Shown: positions 35,171 to 46,800 of the stretch, one piece after another
Position numbering within the stretch: the first letter of the stretch is position 1
Layout: every line of letters starts with the position of its first letter
Program-made: the position numbers and the translations under genes
The notes under the pieces: generated by a model
What the model saw: the letters and a program-made list of their open reading frames with translations, nothing else
What the model was told of the DNA's origin: nothing
Databases searched by the model: none
NCBI GenBank assembly: GCA_002269645.1
Contig: NIVC01001126.1
Span: 186,001-250,000, forward strand
Source: Macrostomum lignano
Taxonomy: Eukaryota
Direction: 5' to 3'
Length of the DNA: 64,000 bases

Positions 35171-35923
35171 TCAGTTGAATGGCGACACGCACTCGCACAG
35201 CCCCGATGTTATCTCGGCATTGGCCTCATAGATATCAACCAGCATTTTCGCCCCTGGATAGCGGGCCACAACATTCTCCTTGTCACCTGGATCAGTGGGC
35301 TCTTCTTCCGCCCACAGGCTGCCGTTTAGGGTGATGTTGCAGCCGACCCAGTGCCAGCCTCCGTCGGGCTCAGCGCTCCCAGCAGGCTGCAAACCTCCGA
35401 GAAAGAAGGCCTTTCCTGAGCTGCGCAAATCGTAAATCTCGTCCACGTGGCTCATCTCGGTGGCGTCTTCCACGTCGGCCATGATCACCAGGCCGCTCTC
35501 CGACTCGCACTTCTGTCTGCTCTCCGACCAGTTTCCGGTGTTGTTGTACAGCTTGTACTTCACTCCGCACAGGTCGTCTCCGTAGCCAGACGGACACAGC
35601 GCGCCCGCCTCGAGTCCCGGCTGCTGCTTCACAAACACCCGGCCTCTCCTGGAGCAGCCGCAGTCCCTCACCGACTTGCTGCACTTGTCGAACACGAACA
35701 GCTGGCACGGACCGTCAGCCAGGCTGAACGCCTGACAGCGCCGGTTGCGGCTGCACAGGGCGGCACAGAAATACTTTGTCCCTGAGCCACCTGGAGTCTC
35801 AATGAAGTCGCTCCTGATGCACAGGTAGCCGGTGATCAGGTTGTAGGCGTCCTGCATCGCAGCTGGAGCTTGCAGAGCCAGCAGGACCAGGGCGACTTTC
35901 GCTTGGAGTCCGAGCGTCTTCAT
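35171..35923 (-). CDS. Secreted PAN/apple-like + C-type lectin domain protein, single exon, 250 aa
   Basis: Hydrophobic N-terminus (ALVLLALQAPA). PAN-like CAALCSRNRRCQAFS...CQL. CTLD hallmarks: CPSGY, W.ES...C, FLGG, W.W, LW...EP, C.C. Confidence 0.85.
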   Translation of the reverse strand: MKTLGLQAKVALVLLALQAPAAMQDAYNLITGYLCIRSDFIETPGGSGTKYFCAALCSRNRRCQAFSLADGPCQLFVFDKCSKSVRDCGCSRRGRVFVKQQPGLEAGALCPSGYGDDLCGVKYKLYNNTGNWSESRQKCESESGLVIMADVEDATEMSHVDEIYDLRSSGKAFFLGGLQPAGSAEPDGGWHWVGCNITLNGSLWAEEEPTDPGDKENVVARYPGAKMLVDIYEANAEITSGLCECVSPFN

Positions 35924-36386
35924 GGCTCACTGGGCGCCAGAGAGATTCAGATGAGCTCAGCTGAGTTGCACTGACGTGTTCGAGAGATAGCGGATACAGA
36001 TAGCGGATAGAGATAGCGGAATTGAGGCCAGTGCTGCATCAGGGATGCTTTTATGCTGTGTTGGCCCGCTGGCTGCGTGAGCTGTCATTGGTTGGGACAC
36101 AGCATACTGGAGCAGAGTTTTGGTTTTATTGTTGATTCTGAAGGCACAGACACTATAACACCAGTTTTGATGTAGCCTATAGCTAACTCGGTAATTTCTT
36201 AAGTGCTCCAGTTGAGCAGCTCTCACTATCACTTTTTATTTATTGTGGCCTTAGAACGAGGCACCGCTCATTCAAGTTGTACTGTAATGCTAGTGGCGGT
36301 CATGCCATAGATAAAAGTCTATATCAAATTAATACATCTAACACTCCTTCCCGATAGTTTCTGCAACTGTCAGAGTTCACTCCAGT

Positions 36387-37180
36387 TCACGCGCAATCCG
36401 GGCTTCCTAAAGTTGAGTAGTTCAATCTGTCGGGTGCCTTCCGCGTGCGCTGGCAGCGATGACCTCTTTCAGGTTGTCCAGGCTCTTCCGTCGGGTTACT
36501 TGTGTTCTGGTCAGCAACACCTTGCTGTGACCTCTCCTGAGGCTCGCTAGTTTCAACGGGAATCCTTGGTTTTGTCTGCTCCAGATGATATCGGCTGTGT
36601 TTTCCGTCTTCCAATTGTACGCCCACAATTTTCTTACCTTCTCTAGCAACGATTTCACCGGGCTTCCATTTCTCGGTTTCGTTCCTGTAGGTCTTTACCC
36701 ACACCGGTTCTTTGGCCAAGGTCAACGTTGCCGTCCGAAGCAGATGTCCTCGCATTAACTCTGCAGGTGCCCTTCCTGTCGTGGAGTGACGGGAGTTCCT
36801 GTACTGTAGAAGAAAGCGGTCGACACTGGTTTGTAGATCGTCTTCGCCTCCTGATGCCGCCACATGGTTCTTCAGGTCTCTCACAAACCTTTCGGCAAGG
36901 CCGTTTGATCGTGGGTGGTACGGAGGCGTGAGCACGTGTCTGCATCCGTTTCCTTTGAGCCAGCCCTCCATCTCCACTGAAGTGAATTGTGGACCATTGT
37001 CAGTAACCAATGTTGCGGGAACACCTTCTTGCGAGAACGTTCTTCGGAAACGTCGGATAGTCTCTGCCGATGTGGTTGACTGCGTAACATGTACTTCTGC
37101 CCATTTGCTGTAGGCATCGACTATTACGAGCAGGTACTTGTTGCCCTTAAACGGTCCAGCGTAGTCTGCGTGCACACTTT
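36387..37180 (-). pseudogene. Out-of-frame integrase catalytic core (VHADYAGP, VDAYSKW, TDNGPQF, SNGLAER)
   Basis: It lies in a different frame from the pol ORF. The junction reads AAG T GTG CAC GCA GAC TAC at about 37176. Confidence 0.85.
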
Positions 37181-40100
37181 TCGCTTTCCTCTGGCCAAGA
37201 TGCCCATTGGATTGATGCTCCATGGTCTTTATTTGTCTGGCAAGCGACGCATTGCTTGGTATGCCTAGTGACATCAGCGTCTATTCCTGGCCACCATACG
37301 CATTGTCTGGCGACGGATTTCATCTTGTCCGCGCCTATGTGGCCGTCGTGCAATAGTGGAAGAACTCTTTGTCGCTCCTCCTGCGGGATCAGCAGGCGTA
37401 TTCCTCTGTAAAGAAGACCGTTCTCGATCACCAGTTCGTCACGAGTTCGAGCGTATGTTGGTAGCTCCTTGATTCCTTGGGCTGTCCAGCCATGCTTGAC
37501 GAGCGCAAACAGCCGTCGCATCTCCTGATCAAGCATTGAAGTGCGCCTAAGCCGCTGCTTGTCAACTGGTATATCGAGTAGACTGTCCTGAATCGAGTTG
37601 ACGTCGAATTGCTCGCTCTCCGCGGCACTATTATTCAATCGAGATAGGGCATCGGCGACAGGGATCTCCTCGGAACGCTTACACTCGATGACGTAATCAT
37701 ACTCCATGAGTGTGATCGCCCATCGCTGTAGCCTAGCAGCAGCAACCGTAGACAAGGCCTTTCCAGGGTTGAACAAAAATTTCAGTGGGTGATGGTCCGT
37801 CCTGAGCACGAACTTGCGTCCTAGCAGATATTTGTGGAGGCGTTTCACCGCCCAGACTATGGCTAGCGCCTCTCTTTCGATCTGTGCATAATTTCTCTCA
37901 GCCTGTGTCAACGTCTTGGAGATAAATAGAACAGGACCGGACGACTGCTCCAACACGGCTCCCAGTCCCACCGGTGATGCATCGGTCGTAAGTATAATAT
38001 TGTCAGCTGGATCGAATGACTTTAGAAGTCCGGCGTTGAGCAATCTTTCCTTGATTGTGTTAAAGGCCTTCTGTTCTTGCCTTCCCCAGGTCCATCGCAC
38101 ACCTGACCTGGTTAGATTGGTCAATGACTCTTTCAACGTAGCCAAGTTAGGAATGCATCGTCCATAGAAATCGACCATTCCCAAGAACGCCTGTAGTTGT
38201 TTGAGGTCGCTTGGCTCTTTTAATCCGGCAATGGCTTCCACTTTCTCCTTTAGAGGGCGAATTCCATCAGCACTGATCTCGTAGCCCAAAAATCGTATTG
38301 ACGACTTGTTTAGTACAGACTTGTCAGCATTTATGCGAAGTCCATTGTTTTCCAGGATCTTCATTACAGTGTTGAGCCTTTTGTCATGATCAGTCTGACC
38401 TTGGCCCCAGATGAGGATATCGTCCTGGTAGGATATCACGCCGTCGAGGTTTAGCAGGAGTTTATCCATATGTGACTGGAAGATAGCGGGTGCTTGTTTT
38501 ACCCCAAAAGCCAGTGCGGTTGGACGAAACAGGCCAAAGGGTGTGCTCCAAGTTTGCATCTGACTTGTCTCGGCGTCGACTGATACCTGCAAGTATGCGT
38601 TTGTGAGATCTAGCGTGGAGAATTTCCGGGCTCGACCCAATCTGGACATCACTTCATCAATTGATGGCGTCGTCGACACCATGTCTTCCAAGACTGGGTT
38701 CAGTGTTATCTTATAGTCGCCACAAATCCTGATACTACCAGATTGCTTTCTGACACAGACTATAGGCGTGGCCCATTCGCTTGATTGCACTTTCTCTAAC
38801 TGTCCTTCAGATTCCATTCTTCGTAGCTCGTTCTTTACGTCTTCTTGAATACCATAGGGAATCGGTCTTGGCTTGCAGAAAACTGGTTTTGCGCCTGGCC
38901 TGATCGATAGTGACACCTTCACGGTGTCGACTGGAGACATGCGACTTGATTGCCGTTCTTCAGTAGTGTCAGCATTACCACCTTGGGTTATGGCGACATA
39001 AAGCTCCGGCTCCAGCTCTGCAATCCAGTCCAAACCATATATGGGCTCCACATCTCTGTGGTCAACGACAAACAATGGCAGGTTTGCTACTGCGCCGCCA
39101 CGCTCTACTCTGACAGTAACTTCTCCTAAAACACGCACCGGATCTCCTTGGTATGCTGTAAATCGTCGGGCTGTCGGTCTTAAATTGGATTTCAACGGAA
39201 GGCCTTGATACACCTTTAGCGATACAAATGATGAGACGGATCCCGTGTCCATAATCATATGAAGATTGGCCCCATTAACCAGCAGAAGCCTTGTTATCCT
39301 GCGCCTGCTGGGCTCCTCACAGCTGCCATTTACGGCGAAGATGCTGTCCTGTGCTCCTACAGGTCCTGAAGAATCTTTCTGCGGTTCGATCGCTCTCACA
39401 TTGACAGTCTGTCTTGACCCTTGAGCAGGTCTTGATGGATTAGACTTACACACAGCTTTCAGGTGGCCAGTCTTTCCGCAATTCAGGCAGGTCTTAGAAC
39501 GGTGCTGGCAGACGTCCTTGCGGTGTCCATCCTTGCCACAGCAGAAACATTTTGTTTGGTCGCGATGGCTTTGTTGATTCCACTTGCCGTACCCGGTTGG
39601 CTGCCACGCTTTGCGATCGTTCTGTCGAGTCTCTGGCAAACGCGGTCGATCCGTCCTCTTGACCGATAAGATTTCGCTGCTGCTCATCTGTTTTTCGCCT
39701 CGCGCTACGGCTTCGCATGCGCTTGCCACGGACGTCACCCTCTCCCAGGTGAGGTCTGCGAGTTTTTCAGTTAGCAGTTTCCTCACAATGTCTTTGTTAG
39801 ACAGACCAAACACAAACTGGACGCGCAACCTGTCGTTTAGGTCCGTGAATTCACAGTTGTCCGCGGCTTGTCGAAGTCTCCTAGCATAGGCCGACGTGTC
39901 TTCTCCGCTTTCCTGCTTCATGTGGTGGAAAGCGTATCTATAGGCCAGTCCCGACTTCGATGCTTTCGTTTCGTTTGTTAGTAGCGTCTTCAGCTGATCG
40001 AAGGTCTTTTCCTCTGGTTTTGCTGGCAGTACAGCGTCAGCCAGAAGGTTGAACGCCTTCTTCCCCAGTTGTGCTATAAACGCGTACTTCAGCACGTCGT

Positions 40101-40203
40101 CGTTCCACTTGTTAACTTTGGCTATAGCCTCGAATCGCTGTAGCCATCTGCTGACCTCGGCAGGCACGTCTGTCTCCAGGGGTTCGATTGGAATCGTCGC
40201 CAT
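37147..40203 (-). CDS. Gag-Pol: two CCHC knuckles, protease (DTGS), RT (YQDD), RNase H (TDAS), integrase HHCC
   Basis: Single ORF from the ATG at 40203. It leaves frame just before the integrase core. Confidence 0.92.
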   Translation of the reverse strand: MATIPIEPLETDVPAEVSRWLQRFEAIAKVNKWNDDVLKYAFIAQLGKKAFNLLADAVLPAKPEEKTFDQLKTLLTNETKASKSGLAYRYAFHHMKQESGEDTSAYARRLRQAADNCEFTDLNDRLRVQFVFGLSNKDIVRKLLTEKLADLTWERVTSVASACEAVARGEKQMSSSEILSVKRTDRPRLPETRQNDRKAWQPTGYGKWNQQSHRDQTKCFCCGKDGHRKDVCQHRSKTCLNCGKTGHLKAVCKSNPSRPAQGSRQTVNVRAIEPQKDSSGPVGAQDSIFAVNGSCEEPSRRRITRLLLVNGANLHMIMDTGSVSSFVSLKVYQGLPLKSNLRPTARRFTAYQGDPVRVLGEVTVRVERGGAVANLPLFVVDHRDVEPIYGLDWIAELEPELYVAITQGGNADTTEERQSSRMSPVDTVKVSLSIRPGAKPVFCKPRPIPYGIQEDVKNELRRMESEGQLEKVQSSEWATPIVCVRKQSGSIRICGDYKITLNPVLEDMVSTTPSIDEVMSRLGRARKFSTLDLTNAYLQVSVDAETSQMQTWSTPFGLFRPTALAFGVKQAPAIFQSHMDKLLLNLDGVISYQDDILIWGQGQTDHDKRLNTVMKILENNGLRINADKSVLNKSSIRFLGYEISADGIRPLKEKVEAIAGLKEPSDLKQLQAFLGMVDFYGRCIPNLATLKESLTNLTRSGVRWTWGRQEQKAFNTIKERLLNAGLLKSFDPADNIILTTDASPVGLGAVLEQSSGPVLFISKTLTQAERNYAQIEREALAIVWAVKRLHKYLLGRKFVLRTDHHPLKFLFNPGKALSTVAAARLQRWAITLMEYDYVIECKRSEEIPVADALSRLNNSAAESEQFDVNSIQDSLLDIPVDKQRLRRTSMLDQEMRRLFALVKHGWTAQGIKELPTYARTRDELVIENGLLYRGIRLLIPQEERQRVLPLLHDGHIGADKMKSVARQCVWWPGIDADVTRHTKQCVACQTNKDHGASIQWASWPEESEKCARRLRWTV

Positions 40204-40812
40204 CCTCGTCACCAGTGTTGATTCTGAAGGCACAGACACTATAACACCAGTTTTGATGTAGCCTATAGCTAACTCGGTAATTTCTTAAGTGCTCCAGTTG
40301 AGCAGCTCTCACTATCACTTTTTATTTATTGTGGCCTTAGAACGAGGCACCGCTCATTCAAGTTGTACTGTAATGCTAGTGGCGGTCATGCCATAGATAA
40401 AAGTCTATATCAAATTAATACATCTAACATTTATTGTATTTAAATTTGAGGAGGCGACATCCGAATGGTGAGCTTCTATCTCTGTGTAGAAAGCGAGAAA
40501 GCGAGATGGGGGCTCGTGATTGGCCAGGGCCGTCCTGAGCCCTCACTCTTCCTCAGTTAAGCCTTAACCGTTGGGCTAGGACCTCTTCAATGGACCCCAT
40601 CACAGCAATTGTTCAACAAAGCTATTAAACAATAGCTCATATTTAAAAAGTGCGTGGTACGCTCGTACTTACCTCCTACAATCAGAAGCGTGTTAAAAGT
40701 TTCCACTTTGAAACCTGGTCAGGTCAACTTTTCTCAGACCTCAGCCAGAAATTACGCAATTCACACCACGTCTTGAGCTTGTCATCTGAACCGTGGGTGA
40801 TGCAAATTGGTT

Positions 40813-42590
40813 TGAGACACCTGGTCACTGCACCAGTGCAAGACACCTGGTCACTGCACCAGTGCAAGACACCTGGTCACTGCACCAGTGCAAGACACCT
40901 GGTCACTGCACCAGTACAATACACCTGGTCACTGCACCAGTGCAAGACACCTGGTCACTGCACCAGTGGAAGACACCTGGTCACTGCACCAGTGCAAGAC
41001 ACCTGGTCACTGCACCAGTACAAGACACCTGGTCACTACACCAGTGCAAGACACCTGGTCACTGCACCAGTGCAAGACACCTGGTCACTGCACAAGAGCA
41101 AGACACCTGGTCACTGCACCAGTACAAGACACCTGGTCACTGCACCAGTACAATACACCTGGTCACTGCACCAGTACAAGACACCTGGTCACTGCACCAG
41201 TGCAAAACACCTGGTCACTGCACCAGTGCAAGACACCTGGTCACTGCACCAGTGCAAGACACCTGGTCACTACACAAGAGCAAGACACCTGGTCACTGCA
41301 CCAGTGCAAGACACCTGGTCACTGCACCAGTGGAAGACACCTGGTCACTGCACCAGTGCAAGACACCTGGTCACTGCACCAGTACAAGACACCTGGTCAC
41401 TACACCAGTGCAAGACACCTGGTCACTGCACCAGTGCAAGACACCTGGTCACTGCACCAAAGCAAGACACCTGGTCACTGCACCAGTACAATACACCTGG
41501 TCACTGCACCAGTACAAGACACCTGGTCACTGCACCAGTGCAAAACACCTGGTCACTGCACCAGTGCAAGACACCTGGTCACTGCACCAGTGCAAGACAC
41601 CTGGTCACTGCACCAAAGCAAGACACCTGGTCACTGCACCAAAGCAAGACACCTGGTCACTGCACCAGTACAATACACCTGGTCACTGCACCAGTACAAG
41701 ACACCTGGTCACTGCACCAGTGCAAGACACCTGGTCACTGCACCAGTGCAAGACACCTGGTCACTGCACCAAAGCAAGACACCTGGTCACTGCACCAAAG
41801 CAAGACACCTGGTCACTGCACCAGTGCAAGACACCTGGTCACTGCACCAAAGCAAGACACCTGGTCACTGCACCAAAGCAAGACACCTGGTCACTGCACC
41901 AAAGCAAGACACCTGGTCACTGCACCAAAGCAAGACACCTGGTCACTGCACCAAAGCAAGACACCTGGTCACTGCACCAAAGCAAGACACCTAGTCACTG
42001 CACCAAAGCAAGACACCTAGTCACTGCACCAAAGCAAAACACCTGGTCACTGCACCAAAGCAAAACACCTGGTCACTGCACCAAAGCAAGACACCTGGTC
42101 ACTGCACCAAAGCAAGACACCTGGTCACTGCACCAAAGCAAGACACCTGGTCACTGCACCAAAGCAAGACACCTGGTCACTGCACCAAAGCAAGACACCT
42201 GGTCACTGCACCAAAGCAAGACACCTGGTCACTGCGCCAAAGCAAGACACCTGGTCACTGCACCAGAGCAAGACACCTGGTCACTGCACCAAAGCAAGAC
42301 ACCTGGTCACTGCGCCAAAGCAAGACACCTGGTCACTGCGCCAAAGCAAGACACCTGGTCACTGCACCAAAGCAAGACACCTGGTCACTGCGCCAAAGCA
42401 AGACACCTGGTCACTGCGCCAAAGCAAGACACCTGGTCACTGCGCCAAAGCAAGACACCTAGTCACTGCACCAGAGCAAGACACCTGGTCACTGCACCAA
42501 AGCAAGACACCTGGTCACTGCGCCAAAGCAAGACACCTGGTCACTGCACCAAAGCAAGACACCTGGTCACTGCACCAAAGCAAGACACCT
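40813..42590. repeat. 26-bp minisatellite (gacacctggtcactgcaccagtgcaa)n grading into an ...accaaagcaa variant
   Basis: About 68 units. Source of three spurious ORFs. Confidence 0.95.
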
Positions 42591-43144
42591 GTTCAATGCA
42601 CCAAAGCAAAACGCCTAAGCAACAATCTGAAAATCACTGCAAGTTTAAACCACAATGTCAAAGTTTTTCTCATTCCAGAGATGAACTTTTGGATTAATTT
42701 TTATTCGGATTTTCTGACGGTTTTCTATAGCTCACGTATATCTTAGTTTGTTTAACTGGATTGTTTCCAAGAAATTCTACACATATTTGAACATGCGATT
42801 TGTAAGCTTTTCTCTGTAGCCTTGAACGCAGAATCAGCCTGCATACAACATTGTTTTTATCCAGCCCCACGCATAGTCAGTATATAACAATATATATGTT
42901 TGTAAATTAATTAATAGTCGTTAATAGTTCATTAAAGTAATGGTAATAGTTTATAGTAAGTTTATATTTAATAGACTAGCAAGAAAACGGGTTAACCAAT
43001 TGTTACGGGCTAATGTCTGGGTTTGTCTACTGATAAGTAGAAAGTATAGAGTATGGCGTGACAAGCTTGGTTAGCGGGCAAAGAAATTCCGTCATGCGAC
43101 AGGGCAGAACGTAAGTAAAGGTTCTGTTGGGAGCACGAGACTTT

Positions 43145-43710
43145 CTCGCAGGAGGGTTTCCTGCAGGAGGGTTTACCACAGGAGAGTTTACCACAGGAGG
43201 GTTTCCCCGCAGGAAGGATTCCCACAGGAATTTTTCCCGCAGGGGATTCCCACAGGAAAGATTCTCGCAGGAGAGATTCCCGTAGGAGGGATTCCCGCAG
43301 GAGGGATTCCAGCAGGAGGTTTTACTACAGGAGGGTTTCCCCGCAGGAGAGATTCCCGCAGGAGGGATTCCCGTAGGAGAGATTCCCGCAGGAGGGATTC
43401 CCATAGGAGGTTTTACTACAAGATGGTTTCGCGCAAGAGAAATTCCCACCGAAGGGTTTCCCGCAGGAAGGATTCCTGCAGGAGTGATTCTCGCAGTAGA
43501 GATTCTCGCAGGAGGGATTCCCGCAGGAGGGTTTCCCGCAAGAGGAATTCCCATAGGAGGGATTCCAGCAGGAGGGTTTACCACAGGAGGGTTTCCCACA
43601 GGAAGGATTCCCACAGGAGGGTTTACCGCAGGAAGGATTCCCACAGGAGGGTTTCCCGCAGGAGTGTTTCCCGCAAGAGGAATTCCCATAGGAGGGATTC
43701 CCACAGGAAC
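43145..43710. repeat. Degenerate 15-bp minisatellite (attcccgcaggaggg)n
   Basis: Read directly; it lies downstream of the channel gene. Confidence 0.9.
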
Positions 43711-43880
43711 CATTTTTTGTTTCTTTGCTACGCTCGACTTTCGCATCGATGCTTTGCATTTATCAGAATAAATATCTTAGTAAATGTGACTATTACAAAT
43801 ACAAGCAAAATTGCAAATGAGTAGATCAATAATAATACATGTATTAAAATCAATATTTTTTTCTGGTCATGCAGTCACCA

Positions 43881-46800
43881 CTAGGCTGATGCCGTAAAAT
43901 CGTTTAACTCTTGCTGCTGAGCGCTCGTCTGCTCCGCTCTCCTATCAAACTGCTGCATCTGTCTCACCCGCAGCCGGTGATGAAGCGCCACTAGGAGGCT
44001 GGACAGCAGTTCAATGAGCTCGCACACGGTCAGAACTGAGACTCCGGACCACAGACCCAAGGCTCCTGCGATTGTATTGTTATATAAGAAACATGTTAGG
44101 CCACTCATTTAAAGTTTCTTGTCAAATACACTTCAGTCTACTTTCTATTGGGCATATATAATGCACACGGATTTTTAATTCTATTGAATGCGTCAAAAAA
44201 TGATGCTGTTATGCCAGGTTTATCGCTTGTCGCTCCGCCTAATGGCTCTTCAGTGGCTGGCGCGATATACAACGAGTGCAGAGACTGCGGGTGAAGCTTC
44301 ATTCCGCATCACTTTGAAATGACATTAAAACTCTTGTGTCTTTCTTTAGTAAAGGCAGAAGGGTTGCTGTGTGCACCCTGGCGCACTTTAAGCGACATAG
44401 GCACACAACCGGCGAGAGGCATTGCTGCCCATTCCGCCGACTCCCCTGAGCAGGCACACAAGCGCGCGGATACGTACGCAGTCACACACTCACACAGGAG
44501 TGTACAGCGGCCCTAACTATATTTATCGTTAGGCCCTCAAGGGGTTGGCCCTCAAGGCCGTTAATTGCACGAGCAGAGCCAGCCGAGATTCCAATTCAGC
44601 CTCATATTAATGTCAAGGACTACTCAAGTAGAAGGACTGGAAACTAAGATTCTTAGAAAAAGTTACGGAGGCTGGTTTTCGCCGAAAAATGCACTACGGA
44701 GATAGGAAGTTTTCACTTTTTTCATATCAAAATTGTTATTGCTTTCGATAGGAGGCAGACCCAGTGTTCATCTTTTGATATGTTCTGTTTTTCTTATTGC
44801 TCTATCGATATTCATAATTCTTTTTGTTTAGAAAATTAGCATTTTATGTTAATTTTTCATTCTACATGGCACAGCTCGGCTCTTTGGTTTTATGAATCTA
44901 TTCTATCGATCTCTGTTACACATATTGTTACACAGTCAGCTGAGAATGATAAAATACATTCATAAAACAATGAGCCGGGCCCGGGCCGCTGGTACATCAG
45001 AGGGCCCCCTGCCCTCGTATTCAGCCAGAGCTGCATTTTGCAAAAGTCTCCGTTGATCCTTGACCGACTCACCGCCCAAGTCAGCCATGAGGTTGGTGGC
45101 TGTATAAGCCGGCTCCTCCGTGATCTCATCTCCGAACTCATCGGAGGCTGACACTGTCAGTTTCAACAGCCGATTCTCCAGCTTCTCCAACAGATCCGTC
45201 AGGTGAGTCACCTGGTCATCTGTTCGCTCTACATCGCTAAGATGAGAGAACCGCTTGGCCCTCAGGTAGACATAGTAGATGCTGGCGATGCCCCTGGACA
45301 TCATGTAGTTGTTGGGGAAGGCCCAGTCCTGCAGGTGGCTCACCAGAAACTCCATCGCAGTCTCCGGCCGCAGCTTCGGCCAGGGCGAGGTGGCCAGCCG
45401 GATTTTGTAGCCGCGAACTTCGCACGGAGGCGGGCAGAATCTCCGGGCCTCGAGCTCGTAAGAGTACAGCTGGCGCAGCTGCCTGGAGTGGCACTGCTCC
45501 GTCTGATGCACCTGCTGCGGCTCCGAGGTGTTGAAGCAGCCGGGGTGGCCCGCCAGGTCCGCGGGGATCGGCAGGAAGGAGGGCAGGCAGCCACAGTTGG
45601 CGAAGAAGCGGCGCACTTTGAAGGCGTTGAGGCAGTCCTCCTGCCGGGCTGCCGGGAACTGCAGCGACTGGGAGACCGGGCCTCTGCGGGGGGACATGGG
45701 GAGTGCTGGGATCTGTGCTGGGATCTGTGCTGGGATCTGTGCTGGGATCTGTGCTGGGATCTGTGCTGGGATCTGTGCTGGGATCTGTGCTGGGATCTGT
45801 GCTGGGATCTGTGCTGGGATCTGTGCTGGTATCTGTGCTGGTATCTGTGCTGGGATCTGTGCTGGGATCTGTGCTGGTATCTGTGCTGGGATCTGTGCTG
45901 GGATCTGTGCTGGGATCTGTGCTGGGATCTGTGCTGGGATCTGTGCTGGGATCTGTGCTGGGATCTGTGCTGGGATCTGTGCTGGTATCTGTGCTGGTAT
46001 CTGTGCTGGGATCTGTGCTGGGATCTGTGCTGGGATCTGTGCTGGGATCTGTGCTGGGATCTGTGCTGGGATCTGGGGCACAGGGATCTGGGGCACAGGG
46101 ATCTGGGGCACAGGGATCTGGGGCACAGGGATCTGGGGCACAGGGATCTGGGGCACAGGGATCTGGGGCACAGGGATCTGGGGCACAGGGATCTGGGGCA
46201 CAGGGATCTGGGGCACAGGGATCTGGGGCACAGGGATCTGGGGCACAGGGATCTAGGACCTGCACTCCCAGCAACCAGCGAGTGACCACCCAAATCCGGA
46301 CTGCACCTTGAGCTGCTCAACTTCTCCAGGACTCGTTTCAGTTCCGCAATCTTGGCTGTCCAATTGGTCGCTGAGAACATTCGGCTGAGGTCGAGGCTCT
46401 CGCTGCAGTGTATGAGGTTGCATTTATTGGTACCTTTAACTCGAATTAGCAATTGATGACTTGGTAACTTAGTAGCTGAGCTACCCACATTCATCGCTGC
46501 ACCACTCTCATCTTTGTCACTCTCATCCTTGTCACTCTCATCTTTGTCACTCTCATCCTTGTCACTCTCATCCTTGTCACTCTCATCTTTGTCCCTCTCA
46601 TCCTTGTCACTCTCATCTTTGTCGCTCTCATCCTTGTCGCTCTCATCCTTGTCACTCTCATCCTTGTCACTCTCATCTTTGTCCCTCTCATCCTTGTCAC
46701 TCTCATCTTTGTCGCTCTCATCCTTGTCACTCTCATCTTTGTCGCTCTCATCCTTGTCACTCTCATCCTTGTCACTCTCATCTTTGTCACTCGCCCTGTC

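Larger units (their letters stand above)
36130..40429 (-). mobile_element. Young Ty3/Gypsy LTR retrotransposon (Mag-like), 4300 bp
   Basis: Identical 214-bp TG..CA LTRs (36130-36343, 40216-40429) and TSD tttat (36125-36129, 40430-40434). PBS TGGTGACGAGGATGG (tRNA-Ser GCU-like); PPT gggaaggag. Confidence 0.97.

Noticed and set aside
40813-42590. CRISPR-like regular palindromic repeats
   Set aside because: There are no unique spacers or cas genes, and the context is eukaryotic.
40650-42697. Three long overlapping ORFs (up to 634 aa)
   Set aside because: The 26-bp unit cycles through all three frames without a stop; this is a tandem-repeat artefact.
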